64,000 nt of DNA from a virus (Duplodnaviria > Caudoviricetes), in IMG/VR virus record IMGVR_UViG_2788499951_000002, positions 64,001 to 128,000 of that record. One strand, given 5' to 3'. A program made the position numbers and the translations under genes. Shown piece by piece: positions 19,161 to 29,165 of this stretch; position 1 is the first letter of the stretch; every line of letters starts with the position of its first letter. The notes beneath the pieces are model-generated. The model was not told the DNA's origin, did no database searches, and saw only the letters and a program-made list of their open reading frames with translations.

Positions 19161-20353
19161 TTATCATCCTTCGGGGAGTGTCTGGGGCGGGGAAGGATTC
19201 CACCATTGCCGCACTCCCCTCACTGAAGCATATGGTGATCTCGAGTGATGACTATCGGGAACGATGGTTTGGGACTCGAGATCTCCCACCCAATGCGACC
19301 TCAATGATCTGGGGCAAGATGAAGGCTGAACTCGAAGAACGATGTTTGCGGGGACAGAACACGATCATCAACGCGACCAACTGCAGCCTGAAGAGCATCA
19401 ATGGCTGGACCAAGATTGGTCTCAAGTATGGCCATGCATGTCATGTGATCAGTATCGATGTACCGCTTCACGTTCTCAACGAGCGACTGGAGGAGCGACG
19501 TGCCAATGGTGTCTTCGCTAAGGCTCCTTTCTCGTTCGTCGAGAATATGCATCGCAAGTTCATTGAGGCGAACACTGCGATCCAGAAGACCTTCGGTGAT
19601 CGCCATCATATGGTGAATGACTGCATCGATGCTGCATTGGTCATCTCCGACCTCATCGCGAACCATAACGTGATCACCGTGCAAAAGAAGTTCGAGGATA
19701 AAATCTTCGTCATCGGTGATATCCATGGTGAGGTTGAAAAGCTGGATGAGTTGCTATCTCGCTACCTTCCGTGGGATGCCATGTTCTACACGCTGGGCGA
19801 TGTGATCGACCGTGGTCCGTCTTCCGTTGGTGTTCTGAGGAGACTGTCATCCGAATTCCGGTGGCGTGGTGCGATTCGTGGTAACCATGAATCTGCATTC
19901 ATCTCTGAGCGGCTTCAGGGTACGCCCTGCCGGTCCAAGGCACGTCAGAACACTCACCTTGAGTTCGACGCATTGAAGCCAAAAGAGCAGGAAAAGCTGA
20001 CCATGTTGATGGCGACGTTCACTCCGTTCCTGCGTCTGGAAGGGGAGGATAAGCGGATCCTGTTGACTCATGCAGGGTCATCATTGACTCGCCAGTCCGA
20101 CCTGTTCCGTCTGTCAGCATTCCCTGTATCAGGGGATCACATGCTGCGTATTGATGACTGGGAGCCGGAAGGTGCCTCCGACTCAATCACGCATCAGGTC
20201 CATGGTCATTCGTCTTGGACATACACTGGTGACTTCTCCGGTCCGGTCGTGAATATCGACTCTGGGTGCGGGAAGACCGAAGAGGACGAGAGTGGGTCAC
20301 CTCGAACCCTGACGGCTTATAACCCCTTCACAGGTGAGACAATCACCGTATGA
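19157..20353 (+). CDS. polynucleotide kinase fused to calcineurin-like phosphoesterase
   Basis: GVSGAGKDS, ISSDDYR, NATN; GDIHG, GDVIDRG, GNHE, HAG, HGH, NIDSG. Confidence 0.88.
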   Translation: MIIILRGVSGAGKDSTIAALPSLKHMVISSDDYRERWFGTRDLPPNATSMIWGKMKAELEERCLRGQNTIINATNCSLKSINGWTKIGLKYGHACHVISIDVPLHVLNERLEERRANGVFAKAPFSFVENMHRKFIEANTAIQKTFGDRHHMVNDCIDAALVISDLIANHNVITVQKKFEDKIFVIGDIHGEVEKLDELLSRYLPWDAMFYTLGDVIDRGPSSVGVLRRLSSEFRWRGAIRGNHESAFISERLQGTPCRSKARQNTHLEFDALKPKEQEKLTMLMATFTPFLRLEGEDKRILLTHAGSSLTRQSDLFRLSAFPVSGDHMLRIDDWEPEGASDSITHQVHGHSSWTYTGDFSGPVVNIDSGCGKTEEDESGSPRTLTAYNPFTGETITV

Positions 20354-20368
20354 ACTGATACACTACTT

Positions 20369-20393
20369 GCCTCTCCTCGTGAGAGGCTTTTTT
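20369..20393 (+). terminator. intrinsic terminator
   Basis: GCCTCTC-CTCGT-GAGAGGC-TTTTTT. Confidence 0.8.
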
Positions 20394-20411
20394 GGTTAAA
20401 GGAGACCATTG

Positions 20412-21014
20412 ATGACTGAGATTCGGAGAACGTTCGACGTCGACATTGACGTCAAATCCAACATGGATAAGTCAGACTTCGGGACGAGAGGTATGGTGTA
20501 CAACGAGGACACTGCAAAGATCATCCCCCACCCCTCTGCATTCTTTCTTGAGTTCGTCCCAGTGGACCCACTCACGGGTAATGCTGCAATCGATCATAAG
20601 TATGCAGAGGCACAGGGGTTCATGAAGGTCGACCTTCTGTCCAACACCACCTATGACAGTTTCAGGTCAAAGAAGGAGGTGCTGATGTCCTTGGAGAAGG
20701 AACCGGATTGGTCGATGTTGGAAGACAGGGAATTCGTTGAGACGCTCCCTCATCTGGGAAAGCACTTTGAGATCGTGCAGAGACTCGAACCGCGTTCGAT
20801 TGAAGACATAGCAGACGTTCTAGCACTCATCAGGCCGGGCAAAACACACCTGATCGATGCATATCAACGCAATAAGGCTGATGTTCGTGTCAACTTGTAC
20901 AAAAGACCGAATGATGGGCAGATGTACTTCAAGAAGTCACACGCCATCAGCTACGCTGCGATGATCGTGTGCACTATGAATCGGAAGTCTGGGAGAAATA
21001 TAATCCTTTGGTGA
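20412..21014 (+). CDS. family C DNA polymerase (DnaE-like) fragment 2, catalytic palm/fingers
   Basis: DVDID, HPS, GFMKVDLL, LALIRPG, YFKKSHAISYA. Confidence 0.85.
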   Translation: MTEIRRTFDVDIDVKSNMDKSDFGTRGMVYNEDTAKIIPHPSAFFLEFVPVDPLTGNAAIDHKYAEAQGFMKVDLLSNTTYDSFRSKKEVLMSLEKEPDWSMLEDREFVETLPHLGKHFEIVQRLEPRSIEDIADVLALIRPGKTHLIDAYQRNKADVRVNLYKRPNDGQMYFKKSHAISYAAMIVCTMNRKSGRNIILW

Positions 21015-21318
21015 TTCGACTGCGTTGGTGTCGTATCACGGTCGTCTCGATGTTGACAGAGGAATCAATGATACTGCGGCGCGGGATGAGAATGACATCG
21101 ATGTCAAAATCCGGATAGTAGAGTGCCTTGAAGATGGAGAACCGCATGCCCTGTGTTGACATTCGCCAACTGGTGACCACCAGAATCAGATCAGGGCATG
21201 TGTTGTTGGTAAGATCATAGAATGTGACGTGTTTCTTGTTGGAGTAATCGATGACACCGTGATAGACTCCGTCTGTCGTGGTGATTGAGTCTAAAAGACT
21301 CTCGCTATTTGAATTCAT
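20974..21318 (-). CDS. hypothetical protein, probably late-expressed
   Basis: 114 aa ORF; TATAAATA on the - strand upstream. Confidence 0.6.
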   Translation of the reverse strand: MNSNSESLLDSITTTDGVYHGVIDYSNKKHVTFYDLTNNTCPDLILVVTSWRMSTQGMRFSIFKALYYPDFDIDVILIPRRSIIDSSVNIETTVIRHQRSRITKGLYFSQTSDS

Positions 21319-21330
21319 GAGGGAACCTTA

Positions 21331-21687
21331 ATGTTGTCATATTGGAGGGAACTAACCAAACCTGATCGTATTTATAAGCTAGTCACGAGCGGGTTCATAG
21401 TGACGCGAGTGGCTGGTGTCTACAACCTACAGGGTGTAGAACAGTGCACAAACCTCGCCCCGACGTTTGTCCTTGGGAGGATTTTACGGAGCGCGGACAG
21501 TGACTTGCGAATGATCACAGGGATTTGTTACACTGATCCATATGGAGATGTTCGCCTCGGTGAACTCGCCAACCAAGAGCTGATAGATGCCGCGCTGAAC
21601 TTCATGTCGAACATGGATGACGCGGAGAGAGACTTGTTCATAACCCCGATGAGGTTCCATGAAATCCAAGCAATTATCCGACTTTGA
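21331..21687 (+). CDS. hypothetical, C-terminal motif family (AIIRL*)
   Basis: 118 aa; GAGG RBS. Confidence 0.6.
   Translation: MLSYWRELTKPDRIYKLVTSGFIVTRVAGVYNLQGVEQCTNLAPTFVLGRILRSADSDLRMITGICYTDPYGDVRLGELANQELIDAALNFMSNMDDAERDLFITPMRFHEIQAIIRL
21369..21376 (-). promoter_or_regulatory. T4-type late promoter TATAAATA
   Basis: Exact TATAAATA on the - strand ~50 nt upstream of 21318. Confidence 0.55.
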
Positions 21688-22147
21688 AGAAATCATCTCA
21701 GAGACCCGTATTGAACTCATTGAGACTATTGTCCTGAAGGATAATGGTACCCCTATAGACGTGTTAGCATCCAAACACTTTCAGATCCTTCCGGTGCCAG
21801 TCTCGGTTGTCCGACGATTTCGGGCAGTGGATCAAACCAAGCGAATCATGGATATGATTCGCTCACTGTTGGAAGGAACACAGGGGGAAGACGCCCAGAC
21901 GCGAAAGAGAATGCTCATAATCGGCTACGGAACCACCGAGAATACCCGAGATGTCCTACTGGTCACCAAGGATACAGAGACAGGTGAGTATTGGATGAAT
22001 CGTGTCCCAGCAGACCAATTCACCCTGTTCGAGCATGCAATTTCGTTAGACGACCGAATCCTCGCCGGTGTCATCATGAAGTGCTCAGATGAGGACTCTG
22101 AGTTTTCCGAGGTCATACAGGAGACTATTGCACTGTGGAGACTGTGA
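21659..22147 (+). CDS. hypothetical, C-terminal motif family (ALWRL*)
   Basis: 162 aa; GAGG RBS. Confidence 0.65.
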   Translation: MKSKQLSDFEEIISETRIELIETIVLKDNGTPIDVLASKHFQILPVPVSVVRRFRAVDQTKRIMDMIRSLLEGTQGEDAQTRKRMLIIGYGTTENTRDVLLVTKDTETGEYWMNRVPADQFTLFEHAISLDDRILAGVIMKCSDEDSEFSEVIQETIALWRL

Positions 22148-22148
22148 C

Positions 22149-23108
22149 ATGAGTGTCGATACCGACTTTGAACAACTGAAGATGGACATCATCAGTGCAT
22201 GCTCACTCGGGGCATCCGAGGCGACCGGCTTTCACTCGATGTATTGTCCAGTATGTGGGAAGACATCCAGAAAGACAGCAGGGTTTCGATTTGATCAGGA
22301 CTCTATCGGGTTCAACTGCTTCAGGGCATCATGTGACAGTTCTACCGTCATGGAGAAGGGTTCACCGATCTCTCGCAAGTTTCGGTCACTGATGAACACC
22401 GTGGGTGTGACAATCCCTGTCACCCTAATGACAGCCAAGTCGAAGATCCAACGCCTCATGGAGGAAGAGCTGGATGCTAGGCTGTATGAGAAGAACTTCT
22501 ATACCGAGATGAAGCTTCCGGATGACTGGGTGCCTCTCGACCCTGACAATCCGAAACATGACTGGTGGGTTGACTATCTGGCCAATCGTGCTTGCTCTCA
22601 TCATGGTGTGTTCTACATCAATGAGGGATACCATAAGGACCAGATCGGTATCGGGATGTGGTACTTCGAGAAGCTGATTGGTGCCCAGATACATGAACCA
22701 GACGGGAAGGTGAAGTACATCACCGTCACACCGAACGAATCCCCGATCATGGTCAGGGATAAGTACCTCGATGATCCTGTCATCTTGGTTGAGGGTGTGC
22801 TGGACTCATTGTGCTTCCCGAACACAGTCGCCACATTGAGAAGCAGAATCTCCCCGAAGCAGGCTTTCTTCCTGAAGGGAAGAAACGTTATCATGCTTCC
22901 TGACCGGTCCGGCAACGAGTTCATCGACCAGATGAAGGACTATGGCTGGTCCATCTGCATCCCACCGTGGGACGAGAAGGATCTGAACGCAGCGGTGATT
23001 CGTTATGGTGTCCCGACTGTTGCACGGATGATCAAAGACAACATCATCACCGACCCAGTTCAGGCTCGGGTACGGTACAATCTATGGATCGAAAAGGAGT
23101 CCAAATGA
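22149..23108 (+). CDS. DNA primase (gp61-like)
   Basis: CPVC...FNCFRASC zinc ribbon; TOPRIM VEGVLD, PDRSG, KDLN. Confidence 0.85.
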   Translation: MSVDTDFEQLKMDIISACSLGASEATGFHSMYCPVCGKTSRKTAGFRFDQDSIGFNCFRASCDSSTVMEKGSPISRKFRSLMNTVGVTIPVTLMTAKSKIQRLMEEELDARLYEKNFYTEMKLPDDWVPLDPDNPKHDWWVDYLANRACSHHGVFYINEGYHKDQIGIGMWYFEKLIGAQIHEPDGKVKYITVTPNESPIMVRDKYLDDPVILVEGVLDSLCFPNTVATLRSRISPKQAFFLKGRNVIMLPDRSGNEFIDQMKDYGWSICIPPWDEKDLNAAVIRYGVPTVARMIKDNIITDPVQARVRYNLWIEKESK

Positions 23109-24499
23109 GCGAAGAGAATCAAACAAACAAAGAACGCATTCTGGTTGAGTATCTGCTGGGTGATCGAGAGTCATTCATCACGGCGTATGGGGTTCTGAAA
23201 GACTCCTACTTCGAACCCCCTTTGAATCGTGTGGTGAAGTTCACCCTCGACTTCTTCAATGAGTACCGAAACCTTCCAAACCTCGACATCATCGAGGCTG
23301 AGACGGGGGTGGCTCTGAAGGGGAGAGCAGTCAACAAGGATGAACGCCAGTGGGTCATCGATGAGGTGGAACACCACTGTGCATCATCCGCCATGATCGA
23401 TGCGGTGATCAAGGCATCCGAGCTGGTAGCGGACGGCAAGAATGAGATGATTCAGGACATCATTCGGGAAGCCCTGTCGGTCAAGATTGACAAGACACTC
23501 GGCACCGATCTCTTCGAGGATCCTGAGATTCGAATCGAACTGGCAGACGCAGATAAGGACCGCCGTCGGATCGGTATCGATGCAGTTGACGATATGATCG
23601 ATGGTGTCATCCGTGGTGGCCTCTACCTGTACGCAGCGGCTACCAGTGTCGGCAAGTCCGTCATGTTGGCGAACACTGCCACTTGTCTGTCCAAGCAGAA
23701 ACTGGACAGTCTGATCGTATCTGTTGAGATGGACGAAGCCAGCTACTCACGACGCATGGACTCAATCGTCACCGGTCTCCCGATCAAAGGGGCAGAGACT
23801 GAAGATATCGTCGCATCATTGGCTCAACACAAGGATGGGTATGGACGCATTACGACCAAGCGTGTCGGTGGTCGATTCAGTGTCAATGACCTGCGTATCC
23901 TACTTCAAGAATACAACACCCGCTACGGTAAGTATCCTGACGTACTGCTGCTGGATTACCTTGATATCTTTGCCAACGGTGCGAACACTACTGGGATGTC
24001 AAAGTTCGACTGGGATGAATACAAGACTCATGCGATTCGTGACCTGATGCAGGAATTCAACATGTACGGCTTCACCGCTGCCCAGCTCAACCGTGACGGC
24101 TATGGCCTTGAGGATGTTGGCCCTCAGCACATTCAGGGTGGTATCTCGAAGACACAGGGTGTCGACGCGGCCATCGCAATGACAATGTCTGAGGAAGACA
24201 TCGAGAATGATCAGATCCAGTTGAGGGGGATCAAGGTCCGTGACGCGGCCAAGACTGCTGGAGCCAAGACGGTCTATCGTTGTCCTCGAACTCTCCGGAT
24301 CACGGACAACCCGAGTGCAGCAGGATCCAGCTATGCACCAAAGTCGACTGCGAGTCCTCTGAAGTCCAAAGTTGCCCCCAAGAAGGAGAAGACAATCCCA
24401 GACCGGAGCAAGTCGTCCACCGATACACCACCCAAGGCGGAAGAGGCGGCATTGAAAGGAAAGAACAAGCTCAGGGCTGCACTGAAAATGAATCGATGA
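23105..24499 (+). CDS. replicative helicase (gp41/DnaB-like)
   Basis: AATSVGKS, SVEM, LDYLD, AAQLNRDG, KVRD. Confidence 0.9.
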   Translation: MSEENQTNKERILVEYLLGDRESFITAYGVLKDSYFEPPLNRVVKFTLDFFNEYRNLPNLDIIEAETGVALKGRAVNKDERQWVIDEVEHHCASSAMIDAVIKASELVADGKNEMIQDIIREALSVKIDKTLGTDLFEDPEIRIELADADKDRRRIGIDAVDDMIDGVIRGGLYLYAAATSVGKSVMLANTATCLSKQKLDSLIVSVEMDEASYSRRMDSIVTGLPIKGAETEDIVASLAQHKDGYGRITTKRVGGRFSVNDLRILLQEYNTRYGKYPDVLLLDYLDIFANGANTTGMSKFDWDEYKTHAIRDLMQEFNMYGFTAAQLNRDGYGLEDVGPQHIQGGISKTQGVDAAIAMTMSEEDIENDQIQLRGIKVRDAAKTAGAKTVYRCPRTLRITDNPSAAGSSYAPKSTASPLKSKVAPKKEKTIPDRSKSSTDTPPKAEEAALKGKNKLRAALKMNR

Positions 24500-24505
24500 C
24501 CGAGA

Positions 24506-24545
24506 CCCCGTGCTCATTGACGAATCGAGAGCACGGGGCTATGAT
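24506..24545 (+). promoter_or_regulatory. hairpin with nested sigma70 promoter
   Basis: CCCCGTGCTC...GAGCACGGGG stem; TTGACG in the loop, 17 nt, TATGAT. Confidence 0.6.
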
Positions 24546-24571
24546 ACCAAACACACCAAAGGAGACATTCA

Positions 24572-25348
24572 ATGTACATCAGCACAGCTCAACCGCCACG
24601 TGTGTATACCATGATTCTTCTCGATCAGAATCGGTCATATGCGCACATCTCCCCCAAGACGTCCAAACCGGTCACGATTGCCGAGTCACTTCCACCGTCA
24701 TCACGGAACATTGACCGGAAGGTATTTCGGGAGTTCCTTCATCAGTTCGATGACATTCCCCATGCATTCGCCGTCGGGGCAAACACATGGAGTGATCTGG
24801 GGCAGAAGATTCGAGATCGCATCCTTGAGAATCACACCGTGTTTGTCTCTTCCGCGTCCGAGATCCTGAAGGTGACCAAGACCACAACAGAACAAGTCTG
24901 CCGGATGTCAGGGGAAGCCCGATTCATCAAGTGTGGCACATTGTCGAATGTCGTCACGTCTTTCTGCCATGAGAACGGGAGTCGTCTGACGCCCATGGGG
25001 ATCGTGGTGCTCGGTGGGAAGAGCGTCTACATGTCGTTCGCCGGTCAGTATACAGACGTGTTCGTGTGCAGGGGACAAACGTCCGAGGTGGGGACTTTCC
25101 TGCAGTTCCCTCCTTTCCGTTCCGTTTTTCTTCGCCCTGTTCCTTGGCCCTCTCAGGATGATTTTGAAGACGCGTACTACCCGAAGAAACAAGATCCTGA
25201 TGAAAACGATCAACTCACATTCATGACTGAATATCACTCGAATGTAAGTATCAGGAAAACGTCGACGTTCGATATCGTGGGGCATCCAGTGAAAACGATG
25301 CTTTACACAGTCACACACTATCAGAGAGGAGAAGAGAATGAGCAATAA
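24572..25348 (+). CDS. divergent dihydrofolate reductase
   Basis: DRKVFR, VGANTWSDL, VFVSS, VVLGGKSVY; upstream of thyA. Confidence 0.6.
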   Translation: MYISTAQPPRVYTMILLDQNRSYAHISPKTSKPVTIAESLPPSSRNIDRKVFREFLHQFDDIPHAFAVGANTWSDLGQKIRDRILENHTVFVSSASEILKVTKTTTEQVCRMSGEARFIKCGTLSNVVTSFCHENGSRLTPMGIVVLGGKSVYMSFAGQYTDVFVCRGQTSEVGTFLQFPPFRSVFLRPVPWPSQDDFEDAYYPKKQDPDENDQLTFMTEYHSNVSIRKTSTFDIVGHPVKTMLYTVTHYQRGEENEQ

Positions 25349-25580
25349 CGTACCAGAATGGTTGATCGAAGAAACCAAGGCGGAGATGGCAGCATCTTTC
25401 GTCCTCACCGAGGGGATCACCGATGAAGATTTCCGCATTGAATGGGAGGTCAAGAATCGCCCTGATGGTTCAGTTGGTCTTTACATGCGAGGGGTTGTGG
25501 GAGAGACTGTCATCTCTCAAGTCAGATCCCTGCAACCCATCATCGAACGAACCGAAGAGGAGAATCAACTGAATGGCTGA
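25338..25580 (+). CDS. hypothetical protein
   Basis: 80 aa, GAGGAG RBS. Confidence 0.65.
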   Translation: MSNNVPEWLIEETKAEMAASFVLTEGITDEDFRIEWEVKNRPDGSVGLYMRGVVGETVISQVRSLQPIIERTEEENQLNG

Positions 25581-26478
25581 ATACGACCTGCAGTACCGCC
25601 GGAACCTGATCGAGATCCTGAACTCAGGACAGGACTGTCCAGACCGAACTGGGACAGGTGTCCGCAAGATATTTGACGCCAACATGAACACCGATGCATC
25701 ACCGACTGAGGGAGACAGACTCCGACTCCCCGCATTGACTCTCCGGAAGGTGTTTCCCCGTAGTGCATGGTACGAACTTCTGTGGATGTTGCGTGGTTCA
25801 ACTGATGCCACAGAGCTACAGAACAAAAGGATCAAGATCTGGGACGGTAACACCTCCCGCGAGTATCTCGATTCAATTGGTCTGAATGATGTCGAGACCG
25901 GCCATGGCGGGAAGATCTATGGCTATCAGTTCCGCAACTTCAACGGGTCTGTCGATCAGGTCAAGAATGTGATTGAATCGATCAAGACCAATCCGAATGG
26001 TCGACGTCACTACATCAGTCTCTGGAATCCGTCAGAGCTGGGTGAGAGTGCCTTACCGCCTTGCCACGTTTCGTATCAATTCGTGGTGATGGGGGACACC
26101 CTGAACCTGAAGTACTACATGCGGTCAAACGACTTCATGCTGGGTCAGCCGATGAACCAGATGTTTGCGACGTTCTTCTTGCAGCTGATGGCATCGATCA
26201 CAGGGTATCAGGCAGGTCGTGTGGCGGTCTCTATCGCAGACTGTCACCTCTATCACAATCACCTCGATGCGGCTCGTGTGGTGGCTGAGAGACCACCTAT
26301 TGAGCATGTTACCAGCTATTCTCCTCCGTTCTCGAAGGAGATGTACGATGAGATGGGCCTTGATGCAATGCTGGACTCCCTGTTCTTTGATTGCTCATGG
26401 GAGAATGTGATTGCACCATCTCTCGACTATCAATCACATGACAAGATCGACCCTTCACTGCTGAAGATGGCAGTCTGA
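25573..26478 (+). CDS. thyA: thymidylate synthase
   Basis: DRTGTG, ELLW, YGYQFR, ALPPCH, RSND, HLYHNH. Confidence 0.95.
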   Translation: MAEYDLQYRRNLIEILNSGQDCPDRTGTGVRKIFDANMNTDASPTEGDRLRLPALTLRKVFPRSAWYELLWMLRGSTDATELQNKRIKIWDGNTSREYLDSIGLNDVETGHGGKIYGYQFRNFNGSVDQVKNVIESIKTNPNGRRHYISLWNPSELGESALPPCHVSYQFVVMGDTLNLKYYMRSNDFMLGQPMNQMFATFFLQLMASITGYQAGRVAVSIADCHLYHNHLDAARVVAERPPIEHVTSYSPPFSKEMYDEMGLDAMLDSLFFDCSWENVIAPSLDYQSHDKIDPSLLKMAV

Positions 26479-26482
26479 TAGA

Positions 26483-26507
26483 AGCCCCTCCATGTGAGGG
26501 GCTTTTT
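26483..26507 (+). terminator. intrinsic terminator
   Basis: AGCCCCTC-CATGT-GAGGGGCT-TTTT. Confidence 0.8.
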
Positions 26508-26512
26508 CGTTG

Positions 26513-26540
26513 TTGACATCCAGTCCGGATCAGGTATGAT
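26513..26540 (+). promoter_or_regulatory. sigma70-like promoter
   Basis: TTGACA-16-TATGAT. Confidence 0.65.
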
Positions 26541-26590
26541 GAACTCTCAGCTGAATGACAAACTGACCCAGTAAGAACAAGGAGTAAACG

Positions 26591-29164
26591 ATGAAGATCC
26601 ATCAGACCGACACCATGGTCATCAGCAATGGTAAGGAACGCTCATCCATGAGCATGGTGAGCAATGCTCAGGCGTTCCGTGTTCTGAGTGACAGCCTGTA
26701 TGAGCACAAGATCGCCAGTATTGTCCGTGAGCTGTCCTCTAACGCGAACGACTCTCATCTCGCAGCCGGTAAGAAGGACACTCCGTTCCGCTACCATCTT
26801 CCGAATTCACTGACCAGCACGTTTGGTGTTGAGGACTTCGGTGTCGGTCTTGATGACGAAGGCGTCCGCACGGTCATGTACAGTTACTTCCAGTCCACCA
26901 AGGACAACAGTAACCTCGAGACCGGTTGTCTTGGCCTCGGGTCCAAGTCTCCTCTGGCATACACTGATGCGTTCTTCATCACTGCTCGCAAGGATGGGGT
27001 TGAGCGTGTCTATACCTCGTACTGGGGAGAAGGCGGCATTCCTGAACTGAACATGGTCCATCAGACACCTACCACCGAGTGTGACGGTGTCAAGATCGAA
27101 CTACCTGTTCAAGAGGGTGATCGCCGTGAGTTCATTCGCTGTGCATCCTTCATGGCGAATCTGTTCTCTGTGACTCCTGAGTTCGTCGGTGGTGTCCCAA
27201 ATGACGGCACTATGAATCTCATGAAAGACTTCAGTGCGAAGGTCGAGCAGGGCGGGATGTTTGACTTCAATGCACGGTCCGACGCTATCCCTGTCCTCTA
27301 TCGCGGTAGCTCCATGTGGGTCGTCATGGGGTCAGTGATCTACCCTACTGTTGTCGACGACATCATGGAATCTCTGGATAAGTCGACTCGTGCGATTGTG
27401 CACAACCGCCTCGGTGGTCGCAACACCATCGTCGTGCCGGTTGGGATGGGAGAGGTTGATTTCTCTGCATCACGGGAGAAGCTGTCGCTGACTCCTCGTA
27501 CGATGGAACGTGTGGCTCAGGCCGTCGAGGCGTTCGCCAAGGAGACTATCTCCCAGACGCAGGAGCTTGTCGATCCGGAGATATCCCCCATCGGGAATGC
27601 GTTTCGTGTGGCAAAATTCATCTGTGCTTCAACGGGTCATCAGCTTTCGTCGACTGTCCCAACTGCATGGATGAAAAAGACGTTCATCCCAACTGATGAT
27701 GGCGAGAAAACCGTTCATGCCATTCTGTATGATAAGATCGGACACACCCACAATGAACTTCTGGGTCGTCTGGGTATGACTCGCTTCACCCCCGTCCGTC
27801 GTGGTACATGGCGAGATGGTGCATGGGTCATGACGTCAGACGAGATGGGATCCTACATCGACCATCGTCTGTCTGGTCTCGTGGATGAAGATGGGGAACC
27901 AGTCCGCAAGAAGGTTCGTACTGCGTCTCGGGAACTGACACCTGCCGGTCTGTTCAGCTCGGCATCAATCGGATCCATCCGTGTTGGTCCTCTCGCTGAC
28001 AAACTGTTCGACGTCAACAAGAAGATCGCAGTGTTCTATGCGTCTGGTGCAACAACGAATCATCGGAAGTACATTCGCTCTCATGTCATGGGAGTGAACG
28101 GGGACGGTCCTCTCCACATGGCTGCATTGTTCATCTCTCGGCCTAACCTGTCGAGCCGTGTGATCGAATTGATCAAGTCTTTCTTCGGGGAGGAACAGTT
28201 TGAGTTCTATGATGTCTCTGTGATTCATGCCGAGGAAAAGGAACTCCGCAGGAAGAAGCGTGAGCATGTCGTCAGTCTGACGGGAGGGAAAGGTGAGTCA
28301 TCATCCGATACCGTGCGTGGTAGTAACACCAAGGTTCGTGGTAACATTGCGGAGTTCAACATGGTGTTCTCATCTCGCACTGTCGGCATCGGGAACTTTT
28401 CGACCTCAACCGTGATCGATACTGCGGAAGAGACGGTATTCTACATCGATCCCGAGAATCCGATGATCAAGGGGTCGAACATTGCAGACACTATGGCGGT
28501 GTACCGGTACAACGGTGCCAAGTCACTGGACGCTGTGCGAACGAAACTCATGGGTTCGATTCGAAAAACGTTCGACATAACTCCCAACGCCCTGAGAAAA
28601 GACCCGAGCCTGAAATTCTCAGGGAAGCTGATCATGGTCAACAACACCAACCGCAAACGCATCATTGGATCGAATGCCATCGATATCACAGGTCTTCTTG
28701 CGACGCGAGAATCAGAAGAACAGGTGATGTCCCTGAAGGGTATGAAGGGTCCATCCTATATCCCATCAGCCAAGGACATTCTAGGGGCACATGCGCCGAA
28801 ACATCGCTCAATCGGTGATGAAGCTCTGGTGACCCTCATGAACTGCATCAGGGACAGGATCACCGACTGCATATGGGAACTGGCGAATGTCAAATTCATC
28901 AGCGAGAATGAGTCTATCCCGTGGTATCGCAGAGACGGTGTGAAGTCTCCAGAGTTCCACAATGTCCATCTTCACTATGAGGATGGCATCGACGATGCAG
29001 AATGGCACAACCGGTTGGCGTCCATGATCTTCGAACGGTACCCAATGGCATATGAGATCATCCTGTCGGGGAGTGAAATCGGTGAAGAAACCATCAAGGA
29101 CTATGTCGAAATGGTTGACGCCTACGAACGCATGAGCGATAATGAATCCAACAAAGGAGAGTAA
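26591..29164 (+). CDS. rIIA: rIIA protein (GHKL ATPase N-terminus)
   Basis: LSDSLY..IVRELSSNANDSH, DFGVGL, STK, GLGSKSPLAYTD, SREKLS. Confidence 0.9.
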   Translation: MKIHQTDTMVISNGKERSSMSMVSNAQAFRVLSDSLYEHKIASIVRELSSNANDSHLAAGKKDTPFRYHLPNSLTSTFGVEDFGVGLDDEGVRTVMYSYFQSTKDNSNLETGCLGLGSKSPLAYTDAFFITARKDGVERVYTSYWGEGGIPELNMVHQTPTTECDGVKIELPVQEGDRREFIRCASFMANLFSVTPEFVGGVPNDGTMNLMKDFSAKVEQGGMFDFNARSDAIPVLYRGSSMWVVMGSVIYPTVVDDIMESLDKSTRAIVHNRLGGRNTIVVPVGMGEVDFSASREKLSLTPRTMERVAQAVEAFAKETISQTQELVDPEISPIGNAFRVAKFICASTGHQLSSTVPTAWMKKTFIPTDDGEKTVHAILYDKIGHTHNELLGRLGMTRFTPVRRGTWRDGAWVMTSDEMGSYIDHRLSGLVDEDGEPVRKKVRTASRELTPAGLFSSASIGSIRVGPLADKLFDVNKKIAVFYASGATTNHRKYIRSHVMGVNGDGPLHMAALFISRPNLSSRVIELIKSFFGEEQFEFYDVSVIHAEEKELRRKKREHVVSLTGGKGESSSDTVRGSNTKVRGNIAEFNMVFSSRTVGIGNFSTSTVIDTAEETVFYIDPENPMIKGSNIADTMAVYRYNGAKSLDAVRTKLMGSIRKTFDITPNALRKDPSLKFSGKLIMVNNTNRKRIIGSNAIDITGLLATRESEEQVMSLKGMKGPSYIPSAKDILGAHAPKHRSIGDEALVTLMNCIRDRITDCIWELANVKFISENESIPWYRRDGVKSPEFHNVHLHYEDGIDDAEWHNRLASMIFERYPMAYEIILSGSEIGEETIKDYVEMVDAYERMSDNESNKGE

Positions 29165-29165
29165 C

